Positions 20,219-30,987 of a stretch of 64,000 bases of DNA are shown in pieces. How positions within the stretch are numbered: position 1 is the first letter of the stretch; the number at the start of each line of letters is the position of its first letter. Both the position numbers and the translations under genes were made by a program. A model generated the notes under the pieces. It had not been told where the DNA came from. It made no database searches and worked only from the letters and a program-made list of their open reading frames with translations. The DNA is from an uncultured Bacillales bacterium (GTDB lineage Bacteria; Bacillota; Bacilli; Tepidibacillales; Tepidibacillaceae), in assembly GCA_964480445.1 (NCBI GenBank), contig CAYZPB010000001.1:23096-87095 (forward strand). Direction: 5' to 3'.

Positions 20219-20761
20219 ATGAAAGAAAAAGTCTATAAGGAAATAATTGACTGGGTTAAGGCAATTGTTATTGCTGGAGTCATTGCTTTTTTATTGCATA
20301 CATTTGTTTTTTCGCTAGTTTTAGTTGATGGCATCTCAATGAATCCGACACTAAGTAACTCAGAACGACTTGTACTAAATAAGACTTCTTATATATTTAA
20401 GGAGCCAGACCGTGGTGATATCGTCGTATTTCATGTTAATCAATCTGAGAACTATATAAAAAGAGTGATTGGGCTACCGGGGGAAACGATAGAAATTCGC
20501 GATGATCAATTACTCATTAATGGAGAACAAGTTGATGAACCCTATCTAGAAGTTATTAAAGAAACTTATAATGAAGTGGGCGTTCAGCTAACGGAGGATT
20601 TTGGGCCAGTCAAGATTAGAGATGACCATCTTTTTGTAATGGGCGATAATAGAAAAAATAGTAGTGACAGTCGTGCATTAGGAGCCATCTCCAAAGAGGA
20701 GATGATGGGCAAAGTTAGCATAAGAATTTGGCCCTTAAATAGGGTCGGTTTACTTGAATAG
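20219..20761 (+). CDS. lepB: signal peptidase I
   Basis: An N-terminal TM helix, the Ser box GISMNPTL, the Lys box YIKRVIGLPGE, and GDNRKNSSDSR. Confidence 0.9.
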   Translation: MKEKVYKEIIDWVKAIVIAGVIAFLLHTFVFSLVLVDGISMNPTLSNSERLVLNKTSYIFKEPDRGDIVVFHVNQSENYIKRVIGLPGETIEIRDDQLLINGEQVDEPYLEVIKETYNEVGVQLTEDFGPVKIRDDHLFVMGDNRKNSSDSRALGAISKEEMMGKVSIRIWPLNRVGLLE

Positions 20762-20780
20762 ATTTTAGGGAGGTAATCAA

Positions 20781-21656
20781 GTGGGTATCCAATGGTTTCC
20801 CGGGCATATGGCGAAATCTCAACGCGAGATTGTTAATAAGCTAAAGCTTGTGGATGTAGTTATAGAATTATTAGATGCGCGTATTCCATTTTCAAGTCGT
20901 AATCCGATGGTTGCAGAGCTGATTGGAAACAAGCCACGATTAACTTTATTAACAAAATATGATTTAGCTGACCCAGCTGTTGTTACAAGCTGGATTGAGT
21001 ATTTTCAAGCCAATGGCATTCGCGCCTTGGCGATTAGCGCAACGACCGGACATGGAATAAACAGAATTTTTGATGAGCTTTCGAGCCTAACAGTGGAAAA
21101 ACGTAAGCGAGATGAAAAAAGAGGAATAAAAAATCGAAATATCCGAACAATGATAATCGGTATACCAAATGTAGGAAAATCAGCATTGATCAACCGACTT
21201 GTTAATAAGAGAGTCGCCAGAATTGGTGATCGTCCAGGGATAACTAAGGGACAGCAGTGGATCAGGATAACTGATGGCGTAGATTTGCTTGATACACCAG
21301 GAATCCTCTGGCATAAATTTGAGGATGAGGAGATTGGATATCGACTGGCATTAACTGGGGCGATTAAAGATGAGCTGCTTCATTTTGATGATTTAGCAAT
21401 TTATCTAATCAATTACGTTATGGAACATTATCCGGAATATATAATAAATCGTTATAATATTGACACTAATAGCGGCGAAGCTGTTGAAATTATAGAAAAA
21501 ATTGCAGTAAAGCGTGGTTGTCTATTATCTGGTGATAGGGTAGATTTTGATCGTGCTGCTGAGTTGATTATTCGTGAATTACGTTCGGGATTACTAGGAC
21601 GCTATTGTTTAGAAAAGCCAGAGATGTTAGGTGAACATGCCAATGCTAAATTATGA
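20781..21656 (+). CDS. rbgA: ribosome biogenesis GTPase A (YlqF/RbgA)
   Basis: Circularly permuted GTPase: LTKYDL (G4) precedes GIPNVGKSALINRL (G1) and DTPGILW (G3). GTG start after GGGAGG. Confidence 0.9.
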   Translation: MGIQWFPGHMAKSQREIVNKLKLVDVVIELLDARIPFSSRNPMVAELIGNKPRLTLLTKYDLADPAVVTSWIEYFQANGIRALAISATTGHGINRIFDELSSLTVEKRKRDEKRGIKNRNIRTMIIGIPNVGKSALINRLVNKRVARIGDRPGITKGQQWIRITDGVDLLDTPGILWHKFEDEEIGYRLALTGAIKDELLHFDDLAIYLINYVMEHYPEYIINRYNIDTNSGEAVEIIEKIAVKRGCLLSGDRVDFDRAAELIIRELRSGLLGRYCLEKPEMLGEHANAKL

Positions 21657-22233
21657 ACAAACATATTGGGATAAAGGATTTAATTATATCGCCGGAATCG
21701 ATGAAGTAGGACGTGGTTGCTTATGTGGTGATGTTGTCGCTGCCGCAGTCATTTTAGATCGAAACAAACCAATTATAGGAGTTAAGGATTCTAAGAAACT
21801 TTCAGCAGTTAGGCGGGAACAGCTTTATGAGGAGATTATGACTCAAGCTTTGGCGGTGGCAATCGGCCGGATAGCTGCTGAGACGATTGATCGTATCAAT
21901 ATCAAACAAGCGACAATTAAAGCGATGGAGCAGGCTGTTCTAGCGTTAAAAATCAAGCCTGACTTATTAATGATTGATGCAGAGATTATCTCGAGCCCGA
22001 TTAAACAAATTTCACTTATTAAGGGTGATGATGTAAGTCAATCGATTGCAGCTGCTTCGATTATTGCAAAGGTTACAAGAGATCATCTCTGTCAAGAATG
22101 GGGAGCAGATTTTCCAGAATATAATATTGAAAAACATAAAGGCTATGGTACAAAAGAACATATTGAAATGCTGCAAAAAAATGGGCCGTCACTTATACAT
22201 AGAAGAACATTTCTTTCTAATATACTTAAATAA
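21631..22233 (+). CDS. rnhB: ribonuclease HII
   Basis: GIDEVGRGCLCGDVV catalytic motif, DSKKLS, and HKGYGT. The start is ambiguous (GTG 21631, ATG 21637 or ATG 21643). It overlaps the rbgA 3' end. Confidence 0.9.
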   Translation: MNMPMLNYEQTYWDKGFNYIAGIDEVGRGCLCGDVVAAAVILDRNKPIIGVKDSKKLSAVRREQLYEEIMTQALAVAIGRIAAETIDRINIKQATIKAMEQAVLALKIKPDLLMIDAEIISSPIKQISLIKGDDVSQSIAAASIIAKVTRDHLCQEWGADFPEYNIEKHKGYGTKEHIEMLQKNGPSLIHRRTFLSNILK

Positions 22234-22277
22234 ACAATTTTTGATGAACTTTAATTGCAGCGGAAAGAAAATTAATT

Positions 22278-22637
22278 ATGATAAATAATAAAACATTTGG
22301 CAAGTGGGGAGAAAATAAAGCAAAAGAATATCTATTAAAATTAGGTTATCTTTTGATAGCTGAAAATTGGCAAAATAGATATGGAGAAATCGATTTAATA
22401 TTTTTAGATAATAATCAAGTAGTTTTTGTAGAGGTTAAAACCCGAAGAAATAGTAATTATGGACCTGCTATTGAAGCGATTAACAAAAATAAGCAACTTC
22501 AGATAATTAAAATGGTCGAGATGTTTTTGCAATATAAAAATTGGTGGAATAAAAAATATAGAATCGATGTTATTGCTATAGATGGAGATGATAATTTATA
22601 TGATTTAAATCATCTTAAAAATGCAATTGGACTGTAA
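22278..22637 (+). CDS. yraN: YraN-family (UPF0102) endonuclease-like protein
   Basis: 119 aa; the RYGEIDLIF...VFVEVKTR motif is typical of UPF0102. Confidence 0.8.
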   Translation: MINNKTFGKWGENKAKEYLLKLGYLLIAENWQNRYGEIDLIFLDNNQVVFVEVKTRRNSNYGPAIEAINKNKQLQIIKMVEMFLQYKNWWNKKYRIDVIAIDGDDNLYDLNHLKNAIGL

Positions 22638-22698
22638 AATATATACAATTCATAAATATAGTAAAAATAGGTAATTTTAGAAGGGACTGTACTTATTA

Positions 22699-23136
22699 AT
22701 GGAAGCACCATCAAACTATCAGGCTTCACAAGCGCCAGTAGGACAATTGAAAACAAATAGAGGATTATTAAAATTAATCCTTTTAAGTATTATTACTTTA
22801 GGAATATATTCAATTGTATATTTTGCCTCGATTTCTAATGATATTAATATTATGGCAAGCAGATATGACGGCAGAAAAACTATGAATTATTTATGGTTAT
22901 TTTTTCTGGTTGGTTTTATTACTTTCGGAATTGCTTATTTTGTATGGTTTCATAATATTTCTAATCGTATAGGCTCTGAAATAAATCGAAGAAGGGTTGA
23001 TTATAAATTTGGAGCGAGTACATATTGGCTCTGGTCTATACTTGGCTCACTGATTATTATTGGACCATTTGTATATTTACATAAATTATCTGTTGCTATG
23101 AATAAACTTTCTCGACATTACAATAGAAATGGGTAA
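22699..23136 (+). CDS. small membrane protein, DUF4234-like
   Basis: 145 aa with about four TM helices. The TLGIYSIVYF and FGIAYFVWF motifs resemble DUF4234. A strong terminator follows it. Confidence 0.5.
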   Translation: MEAPSNYQASQAPVGQLKTNRGLLKLILLSIITLGIYSIVYFASISNDINIMASRYDGRKTMNYLWLFFLVGFITFGIAYFVWFHNISNRIGSEINRRRVDYKFGASTYWLWSILGSLIIIGPFVYLHKLSVAMNKLSRHYNRNG

Positions 23137-23184
23137 ATATTAAAAAACGAAATTTTCCCAGAATTAATGTATGTTTATTTTTTT

Positions 23185-23219
23185 AGTTACTGTTCCAAAA
23201 CAGTAACTTTTTTATTTTG
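23185..23219 (+). terminator. intrinsic terminator after the DUF4234-like gene
   Basis: Perfect 10-bp stem AGTTACTGTT / AACAGTAACT with loop CCAA, followed by TTTTTTATTTT. Confidence 0.85.
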
Positions 23220-23303
23220 TAAATATGAAAACATAAAACTTTTCACGAACTTAAAAAAAAGGATATTAAGGAATTATTTAGAAGTATATCTTGAGGTGTT
23301 TTT

Positions 23304-24881
23304 ATGTATGCAAAATTAAGAGCCTTTACAATTTTAGGGATTGAGGGACATCCGTTATTGATTGAAATTGATATCGCCAATGGGCTACCCTATTTTCAAA
23401 TTGTTGGTTTACCAGATTCTTCAATTCGTGAAGCTAAAGATCGCGTACGAGCAGCGATTACTAATTCTGGTTTTAAATTTCCTTTAAAAAGAATTACAGT
23501 AAATTTAGCACCGGCGGATTTAAAAAAGGCAGGAAGCAGTTTCGACTTAGCAATCTGCGTAGGAGTTTTAATAGCAGCGCAAGAAGTAATCATAAATCCG
23601 CAGATTAAGTTAGAGGAGACCTTATTTATTGCGGAATTATCTTTAGATGGTAGCTTACAATCAGTAGGTGGTGTGTTGCCGGTAATTTTAGCAGCAATTA
23701 ATGATGGTATAAAACAAGTAATTGTCTCAACTGAAAATTATCGCGAAGCAACTATTATTAAAGAAATTGAAGTATATGCCTTCAATAATCTATTAGAGCT
23801 TGTTTGTTTTCTACAGACAGCTGAGCACAAACCGATTGCTGAACACAAGGCTGAAGCAAGAATTAGCACGGAAAATTTAATAACGAAATCAGGTGTTGTC
23901 GAAGATTTTATTGATGTCAAAGGGCAGCAGCAAGCAAAAAGAATAATTGAGATTGCAGTAGCTGGAATGCATAATTTCATAATGGTTGGTCCTCCGGGTT
24001 CGGGCAAAAGTATGTTAGCTCAGAGGATTCCCGGAATTATGCCGGCTTTAAGTTGGGAAGAGCAACTTGAAGTTACAAAGATTTACAGTGTTGCTGGCAA
24101 GCTTAAACAGCAGACAGCACTGATAAAAAGTAGGCCTTATCGCAGCCCCCATCATACAATCTCGACTGTGGGTTTAATTGGTGGTGGGTCCACCCCGCGA
24201 CCTGGTGAAATTACCCTTGCCCATCGCGGCTTAATGTTCTTAGATGAGTTACCGGAGTTCAATCGTAATGTTCTCGAGAGCTTACGCCAACCATTAGAAG
24301 ATGGAGCAGTGCATATTAGCCGGGCAAAAGCCTCATATAAATATCCGGCGAAATTTATGTTAGTTGCTGCAATGAATCCTTGCAAATGTGGTTATTACGG
24401 AACAGATATACCCTACAAAACTTGTATTTGTTCACAAGTCGAAATTCAACGCTATCGCAATCGCTTATCTGGACCACTTATTGATCGTTTTGATCTCCAC
24501 TGCGAAATTCCCTGGACTAGTTTTGACAGTATAAGAGAGACAAATCTTGGGCGGAGCAGCAAAGAGATGACGGAAACCGTTGCCAGAGCTCTTACAATAC
24601 AGCTTAAACGGTTTGCAAAGAGTGGAATAGCCTTCAACTCAGAAATGAGTAATAAGATGGTTAAAACACATTGTAAGCTCGATTATCAGACTGAGCTCTT
24701 ACTTAAGAAAACCTTCAATTATTATGGCTTTAGTGGTAGGTCATTAAATCGAATTCTGAAAATTTCACGAACAATTGCGGACATCGAAAATAGCACTGAG
24801 ATTAAGCAGGCACATCTTGCCGAGGCACTAAATTATCGTGTTTTAGACCGTCGAGATGTTCGAGAAGGCCTTAAGCAATGA
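23304..24881 (+). CDS. comM: YifB/ComM family Mg-chelatase-like AAA+ ATPase
   Basis: A Lon-protease-like N-domain, Walker A GPPGSGKSMLA, Walker B LMFLDELPEF, and a Cys cluster NPCKCGYYG...CICS. Confidence 0.9.
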   Translation: MYAKLRAFTILGIEGHPLLIEIDIANGLPYFQIVGLPDSSIREAKDRVRAAITNSGFKFPLKRITVNLAPADLKKAGSSFDLAICVGVLIAAQEVIINPQIKLEETLFIAELSLDGSLQSVGGVLPVILAAINDGIKQVIVSTENYREATIIKEIEVYAFNNLLELVCFLQTAEHKPIAEHKAEARISTENLITKSGVVEDFIDVKGQQQAKRIIEIAVAGMHNFIMVGPPGSGKSMLAQRIPGIMPALSWEEQLEVTKIYSVAGKLKQQTALIKSRPYRSPHHTISTVGLIGGGSTPRPGEITLAHRGLMFLDELPEFNRNVLESLRQPLEDGAVHISRAKASYKYPAKFMLVAAMNPCKCGYYGTDIPYKTCICSQVEIQRYRNRLSGPLIDRFDLHCEIPWTSFDSIRETNLGRSSKEMTETVARALTIQLKRFAKSGIAFNSEMSNKMVKTHCKLDYQTELLLKKTFNYYGFSGRSLNRILKISRTIADIENSTEIKQAHLAEALNYRVLDRRDVREGLKQ

Positions 24882-25975
24882 ATTATATAGAGGAACTTAT
24901 TAATTTAAAGTTAATAAAAGGTGTTGGCGATGTAACAATCAGGAAAATTATTAATAAAATTGATAATTTAGACGAATTAGTTAAGATGGAGGCTGAAGAA
25001 CTAGCTAATAAGACGGAGATAAGTTTATTAATGGCTCAATTGATTGTAGAAGGACTTACAGATTCTACTATATTAAAGAAACTTGATAACTTAAAAGAGC
25101 TCATTAACAAGAAAGAAATCAAGATTATTACCTTTTATGATCAACGCTATCCGCCAATCCTAAAAGAGATTGCTCAACCACCAGTGTTGCTTTTTGCGAT
25201 TGGCGACTTAAGCCTATTGGAAAAGAAAATGTTAGCAATTGTAGGCACTAGAAAACCGTCACATTACGGTATTTATGCAACCAAAAAAATTGTAGGTGAA
25301 CTGGTAGATTATGGTTTTACAATTGTTAGCGGTCTTGCAAAAGGAATTGATGGATTAGCACATAATATTACTTTGGAAAATAGTGGTCAGACCATTGCTG
25401 TTCTGGGCTGTGGTATCGATGTTATTTATCCACAGGAACATCGCAGTCTCTATAATGCAATTGCCAGGAAGGGTTTAATTATTTCAGAATACCCACCAGG
25501 CGAAAGCCCCCGTCCAGGTTATTTCCCATTAAGGAACCGTATAATCAGTGGTCTGTCCTATGGAACCCTTGTTGTTGAGGCTTCATTAAAGAGCGGAACC
25601 TTAATAACTGTCCAAGCTGCTTTGGAACAATCGCGAGAGGTCTTTGCAATACCAGGTCCAATTTCTTCAATCAATAGCATTGGGACAAATCATTTAATTA
25701 AACAAGGCGCCAAACTGGTACAGACAGTAGATGATATTATTGAGGAGTTTACCTACTTAGATTTAAAGAGCAAAGCAAAAGAGAAAGAAATCATTAAAAT
25801 GACCGCAAATGAACAAAAAATTTATAATGTTCTGTTAATTGAAACTGCAGATATTGACAGCTTGCTGGTAAAAACTAAATTAAATTTTAATGAGATTTAT
25901 CAATACCTACTCACTATGCAATTAAAGGGGCTAATTGTTAAGCTTCCAGGTGGGCAATACATGTTAAATAAATAG
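24878..25975 (+). CDS. dprA: DNA processing protein DprA (Smf)
   Basis: Rossmann-fold motifs AIVGTRKPS, GLAKGIDGLAH and VVEASLKSGTLIT. Its ATG overlaps the comM stop (ATGA). Confidence 0.9.
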   Translation: MNYIEELINLKLIKGVGDVTIRKIINKIDNLDELVKMEAEELANKTEISLLMAQLIVEGLTDSTILKKLDNLKELINKKEIKIITFYDQRYPPILKEIAQPPVLLFAIGDLSLLEKKMLAIVGTRKPSHYGIYATKKIVGELVDYGFTIVSGLAKGIDGLAHNITLENSGQTIAVLGCGIDVIYPQEHRSLYNAIARKGLIISEYPPGESPRPGYFPLRNRIISGLSYGTLVVEASLKSGTLITVQAALEQSREVFAIPGPISSINSIGTNHLIKQGAKLVQTVDDIIEEFTYLDLKSKAKEKEIIKMTANEQKIYNVLLIETADIDSLLVKTKLNFNEIYQYLLTMQLKGLIVKLPGGQYMLNK

Positions 25976-26074
25976 ATTAGCGAAAACTTGTAATTTGACA
26001 AAATAGTCAAGTCTATTAAATAATGGTAAAGGCTATAAATATTTACTAGCCGATTATGTATCTGGAGGTAAAAA

Positions 26075-28144
26075 ATGGCACGTTCGTTAGTTATTGTTGA
26101 GTCACCAGCAAAAGCTAAGACAATTACCAAGCATCTTGGGCGGAATTATATTGTCAAGGCATCAATGGGACATTTGATTGATTTGCCTAAAAGTCAATTA
26201 GGTGTTGATATTGAAAATGACTTCACACCAAAATATATTACAATCCGAGGAAAGGGAAGTATTTTAAAGGAGCTAAGACAGGCTGCTAAAAAGGTAGATC
26301 GCATTTACCTCGCAGCCGACCCTGACCGTGAAGGTGAGGCGATTGCTTGGCATCTGGCCAAAGCACTCGGTTTAGAAGAAGATGAAAAGTATCGTGTAGT
26401 TTTTAACGAAATCACCAAGGATGCCATCAAGGATGCTTTTAAAAACCCGCGGACAATTGATACCGACCTAGTAGATGCTCAACAGGCAAGACGATTACTA
26501 GATCGTCTGGTTGGCTATCAGATTAGTCCGCTTTTGTGGAAAAAGGTTAAGAAGGGCTTAAGTGCAGGTCGAGTACAATCAGTAGCTCTAAAAATGATTA
26601 ACGACCGCGAAAATGAAATACTGGCTTTTATTCCGACAGAATATTGGTCATTAACATTGAAACTAGCGGCTGAACAAGGAGAATTTTCAGCAGCATTCTT
26701 TGGTTATAACAATAAAAAGCATGAGTTGAGTAATAAAGAAGAGATTGATGCGCTAATTACAAGTTTAGACGGCGCTGAGTATGCAATCGACAAAATTAAA
26801 AAAAGCGAGAGAAGACGAAATCCAGCGGCACCTTTTATCACTAGTACACTACAACAAGAGGCTGCACGAAAGTTAAATTTTCGAGCTGCTAAAACAATGA
26901 TGATTGCTCAACAACTTTATGAGGGAATCAACTTGCCGAAAATTGGGATGACAGGTCTAATTACCTATATGCGTACGGATTCAGTAAGAATTAGTGATAC
27001 AGCTAAAGATGAAGTTAAGCAATATATTACAGAAAAATATGGTGATAAATATCTTGGTGTAGAAAAGAAGGCGACCAATAAAAAAGGTGCGCAGGATGCT
27101 CACGAGGCAATTAGACCAACATCAATTTTGCGAGTACCTGCAAGCATCAAAGAACATTTATCGCGCGATCAATATCGTTTATATAAAATTATCTGGGAGA
27201 GACTCCTTGCAAGCCAGATGGCCGCAGCCGTCTATGACACCGTAACTGTTGATATTGTTGCTGGCAGACAGTCAGCCCAGTTTAGAGCAAATGGGTCAAC
27301 AATTAAGTTTCCTGGTTTTATGACGGTTTATATTGAAGATAAAGACGATGGTAACGATGATAAAGAAAAATCTCTACCAGTGTTGACGGAAAATGAGAAA
27401 TTAAAGCTTTTAGAAAAAGTACCAGAGCAACACTTTACACAGCCTCCACCTCGCTATAGTGAGGCTCGCCTAGTTAAAACAATGGAGGAGCTGGGAATTG
27501 GACGCCCTAGCACATACGCGCCGACACTAGATACAATTCAAAAACGCGGCTATGTTAAACTTGATCAGAAGAGATTTATACCAACGGAACTCGGAAAACT
27601 AGTTATCGAGATGGTTGAGGAGTTTTTCTCAGACCAAATTAATGTCGAGTTTACCGCGGAGCTAGAAGAAAAACTAGACTTAGTTGAGGCAGGAGAACTT
27701 GATTGGGTTGAACTTTTGCGCGAGTTTTATGCTGGGTTTGAAGCAGATTTAAAGATTGCTGAAGAAGAAATGAAGGATGTTGAAATAAAGGATGAGGTCT
27801 CTGATGAGCTCTGTGAAAAATGCGGAAAGCCGATGGTTTATAAACTAAGTAGATATGGTAGATTCCTTGGTTGCTCCGGATTTCCCGAGTGCCGCAATAT
27901 TAAACCGATTATCGTTAAGATTGACGTAGCTTGCCCAAAATGTGGCGATGATATTATTGTGCGCAAAGGGAAGAGGAAAAACTTTTATGGTTGTAATGCT
28001 TATCCGGAATGCGATTTCATCTCATTTGATAAGCCAATTGCACGTCCTTGTCCAAGTTGCGATAGCCTAATGGTAGAAAAATATCGTAAAAAAGGTGATT
28101 TAATAAAGTGTACAGAATGTGATTATTCGGAAGAGATGTTATAA
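26075..28144 (+). CDS. topA: DNA topoisomerase I
   Basis: Toprim [14 protein letters not shown], active-site Tyr region [13 protein letters not shown], and three C-terminal Zn-ribbon motifs ([21 protein letters not shown]). Confidence 0.97.
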   Translation: MARSLVIVESPAKAKTITKHLGRNYIVKASMGHLIDLPKSQLGVDIENDFTPKYITIRGKGSILKELRQAAKKVDRIYLAADPDREGEAIAWHLAKALGLEEDEKYRVVFNEITKDAIKDAFKNPRTIDTDLVDAQQARRLLDRLVGYQISPLLWKKVKKGLSAGRVQSVALKMINDRENEILAFIPTEYWSLTLKLAAEQGEFSAAFFGYNNKKHELSNKEEIDALITSLDGAEYAIDKIKKSERRRNPAAPFITSTLQQEAARKLNFRAAKTMMIAQQLYEGINLPKIGMTGLITYMRTDSVRISDTAKDEVKQYITEKYGDKYLGVEKKATNKKGAQDAHEAIRPTSILRVPASIKEHLSRDQYRLYKIIWERLLASQMAAAVYDTVTVDIVAGRQSAQFRANGSTIKFPGFMTVYIEDKDDGNDDKEKSLPVLTENEKLKLLEKVPEQHFTQPPPRYSEARLVKTMEELGIGRPSTYAPTLDTIQKRGYVKLDQKRFIPTELGKLVIEMVEEFFSDQINVEFTAELEEKLDLVEAGELDWVELLREFYAGFEADLKIAEEEMKDVEIKDEVSDELCEKCGKPMVYKLSRYGRFLGCSGFPECRNIKPIIVKIDVACPKCGDDIIVRKGKRKNFYGCNAYPECDFISFDKPIARPCPSCDSLMVEKYRKKGDLIKCTECDYSEEML

Positions 28145-28193
28145 TGAGATCAGTATCAATAATTTAAACTGAATTAAAATGGGAGCAAAGAAT

Positions 28194-29507
28194 ATGGCGG
28201 AAAAAGCGACGGTAAATGTAATTGGTGCTGGCTTAGCGGGAGCTGAAGCAGCCTGGCAGATAGCCCAAAGGGGCGTAAAGGTTAATTTGTACGAGATGAA
28301 AAGTCGTAAGAAAAGTCCAGCGCACCATTCTGAACTTTTCGCTGAACTAGTCTGTAGTAACTCCTTTCGATCCAATGATATAAGTAATGGTGCTGGACTT
28401 CTTAAAGAGGAACTACGCTACTTAGACTCTTTAGTGATAGCTAGTGCTGATCTAAATGCTGTACCTGCAGGTGGTGCGCTTGCAGTTGACCGGAATAAAT
28501 TTTCGCAGGAAATAACTGAGCAGATATGGGCTCATCCTCTAATTAAGGTAATTGAAGAAGAGGTTACCAAAATACCTGAAGGAATTACGGTAATAGCTAC
28601 TGGACCACTTACTGCGGCCGCTTTAGCCACATCCATTGAGGAGCTGATTGGTAAAGATTACCTTTACTTTTATGACGCTGCTGCTCCGATTATTGCTCGC
28701 GATAGTATTGACTTCACAAAAGTATATCTTGCATCACGCTACGATAAGGGTGAGGCTGCTTATATTAACTGTCCCATGACTGAGGAGGAATTCAATCACT
28801 TTTATGAGATTTTGATCTCTGCAGAAACTGTTGATCCTCATGAATTTGAGAAGGCGCATTATTTCGAAGGCTGCATGCCAATTGAGGTTTTAGCTAAGAG
28901 AAATCGGCAAACATTGCTTTTTGGTGCCATGAAACCTGTGGGATTAATTAATCCTCATAATGGGAAAATGCCCTTTGCAGTGGTTCAACTTCGTCAGGAT
29001 AATCAGGAGGGCACTATGTATAATATGGTCGGCTTTCAGACCAATCTAAAATGGCCCGGTCAGAAAGAGTTAATCAACAGCATACCTGGTTTGGAAGAAG
29101 CGGAGATACTCCGTTACGGCGTAATGCATCGAAACACCTATATTAACTCGCCGTCACTACTGAACTCCTTTTATCAGTACAAGGAGAAACCAGAGCTGTT
29201 TTTTGCAGGGCAGATTACTGGGGTTGAAGGCTATGTCGAATCTACTGCATCAGGTTTGGTAGCTGGTATAAATGCTGCTGCCCTGGCTAGTGGTAATTCT
29301 TTAAGCAACTTTCCTAAAGAGACAATGATCGGTGCGATGGCAAGTTATATCTCTGATGACCAAGTCAAGAATTTCCAACCAATGAATGCTAACTTTGGTT
29401 TAGTGCCACCATTGGCAATCCGCATCAGAAATAAAAAAGAAAAAAACTTGCAACTGGCGAATCTCGCTTTAGAAAGTTTGCAAACTTTTGCTAAGGAGCA
29501 ATTATAA
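28194..29507 (+). CDS. trmFO: methylenetetrahydrofolate--tRNA-(uracil54-C5)-methyltransferase TrmFO (Gid)
   Basis: FAD motif [23 protein letters not shown], and [17 protein letters not shown] 28194 follows GGGAG; the track start is 28179. Confidence 0.95.
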   Translation: MAEKATVNVIGAGLAGAEAAWQIAQRGVKVNLYEMKSRKKSPAHHSELFAELVCSNSFRSNDISNGAGLLKEELRYLDSLVIASADLNAVPAGGALAVDRNKFSQEITEQIWAHPLIKVIEEEVTKIPEGITVIATGPLTAAALATSIEELIGKDYLYFYDAAAPIIARDSIDFTKVYLASRYDKGEAAYINCPMTEEEFNHFYEILISAETVDPHEFEKAHYFEGCMPIEVLAKRNRQTLLFGAMKPVGLINPHNGKMPFAVVQLRQDNQEGTMYNMVGFQTNLKWPGQKELINSIPGLEEAEILRYGVMHRNTYINSPSLLNSFYQYKEKPELFFAGQITGVEGYVESTASGLVAGINAAALASGNSLSNFPKETMIGAMASYISDDQVKNFQPMNANFGLVPPLAIRIRNKKEKNLQLANLALESLQTFAKEQL

Positions 29508-29522
29508 GGGAAGGTATCAGAA

Positions 29523-30413
29523 ATGTTTTCAATCTATCTAAAAGATTATCACGGATATCTATTGATTGAGCAAAATGCTGCTCAGAATACCATAACTTCA
29601 TATTTTAAGGATATTGAAGACTTGGAAAATTTTTTAGTGATCGAAAAAATTTCTGAAATTAATGAAATAGAATATTTAACAATCCGCAAATATTTAGCTG
29701 CACTTAATGCAAAGAATTATTCGCGTAGAACGATTGCCCGCAAGCTCTCCGGACTACGTACTTTTTTTAAATTCCTATTAAGAGAAGGGCATATCGAGCA
29801 TAATCCATTTCAACTCATTTCTTCACCTAAGCTAGATAAAAAACTTCCGGTTTTTATGTATTCTGAAGAGATAAACGAACTATTGACAATGCCAGATGAG
29901 GACTCTGTGCTAGGAATAAGAGATCGAGCAATCATGGAAGTGCTCTACGCTAGTGGAATTAGAGTAAGTGAGTTGGTTTCTTTAGATGTATCTTCAATCG
30001 ATTTTGTTGCAGGAGTAGCACTTGTTTTTGGTAAAGGGAAAAAAGAACGTTATGTGAATCTTGGAAAATATTCGATTGATGCACTAGCTAATTATCTTGA
30101 TAATTCCCGCAGTAAACAAACCACAGACATAGATAATGAGGCGCTCTTTTTAAATCGTTATGGAAACCGTTTGAGCGATCGGAGTGTTCGTCGAATGATC
30201 GATAAATATGTTAATGAAATGGCGCTAAATAAGAATATTAGTCCGCATAGTTTTCGGCATACTTTTGCAACGCATCTATTAAATGGTGGTGCTGATTTGA
30301 GGGTTGTACAGGAGTTGCTTGGGCATACAAATATTTCTACAACGCAAATTTATACACATGTTACAAAAGAAAAGCTACAATCAATTTATAAAGAGTTTCA
30401 TCCGAGAGGGTAG
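29523..30413 (+). CDS. xerC: tyrosine recombinase XerC (CodV-like)
   Basis: SAM-like N-domain and catalytic motifs ASGIRVSEL, HSFRHTFATHLL and LLGHTNISTTQIYTHV. Confidence 0.9.
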   Translation: MFSIYLKDYHGYLLIEQNAAQNTITSYFKDIEDLENFLVIEKISEINEIEYLTIRKYLAALNAKNYSRRTIARKLSGLRTFFKFLLREGHIEHNPFQLISSPKLDKKLPVFMYSEEINELLTMPDEDSVLGIRDRAIMEVLYASGIRVSELVSLDVSSIDFVAGVALVFGKGKKERYVNLGKYSIDALANYLDNSRSKQTTDIDNEALFLNRYGNRLSDRSVRRMIDKYVNEMALNKNISPHSFRHTFATHLLNGGADLRVVQELLGHTNISTTQIYTHVTKEKLQSIYKEFHPRG

Positions 30414-30431
30414 CTTATTAAGGAGGGGTTT

Positions 30432-30977
30432 ATGATGGGTGGACAATTTCATGCAACAACAATTTTTGCAATCAAACACAAAGGTGAGTCGGTGATGATT
30501 GGCGATGGACAAGTTACACTTGCTAACTCAGTAATTATGAAGAAAACCGCTAAAAAAGTGAGAAAACTTTATAACGATACGATTATAGCAGGTTTTGCTG
30601 GATCTGTAGCTGATGCATTCTCTTTGTTTGAGAAATTTGAAGGCAAGCTTGAAAAATATAGTGGAAATTTACAACGTTCAGCCGTGGAACTTGCAAAAGA
30701 TTGGCGCTCTGACAAAGTATTACGCAAACTTGAAGCCCTACTAATTGTAATGGATAATAATAGTTTATTGCTTATTTCTGGTAGCGGCGAGGTAATTGAG
30801 CCTGATGACAGTATGATAGCTATTGGTTCCGGTGGAAATTATGCACTTAGCGCTGGACGAGCATTAGTGCAGTATGCACCTGAACTATCTGCTAGTGACA
30901 TTGCACAAGCGGCAATGAATATTGCTGCCGATATCTGTGTTTATACAAATCACAATTTCACATTAGAAAAATTATAA
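30432..30977 (+). CDS. hslV: ATP-dependent protease subunit HslV (ClpQ/CodW)
   Basis: [23 protein letters not shown] and GSGGNYA motifs. It lies upstream of hslU. Confidence 0.95.
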   Translation: MMGGQFHATTIFAIKHKGESVMIGDGQVTLANSVIMKKTAKKVRKLYNDTIIAGFAGSVADAFSLFEKFEGKLEKYSGNLQRSAVELAKDWRSDKVLRKLEALLIVMDNNSLLLISGSGEVIEPDDSMIAIGSGGNYALSAGRALVQYAPELSASDIAQAAMNIAADICVYTNHNFTLEKL

Positions 30978-30987
30978 GGAGAACATA

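Noticed and set aside
22046-22288. 80-aa plus-strand ORF overlapping the rnhB 3' end in another frame and running into yraN
   Set aside because: It is out of frame within the conserved RNase HII C-terminus. Its K/L/I/N-rich composition reflects AT bias, and it has no SD.
25426-25434. Perfect DnaA-box consensus TTATCCACA inside dprA
   Set aside because: It is a single isolated 9-mer in coding sequence with no cluster or AT-rich unwinding element. About one occurrence per ~130 kb of two-strand sequence is expected by chance.
25996-26016. Small TTGAC-AAAATA-GTCAA hairpin after dprA and a possible TTGACA -35 for topA
   Set aside because: The 5-bp stem has no U-tract, so it is not a credible terminator. 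No acceptable -10 lies at 16-18 nt from the TTGACA.
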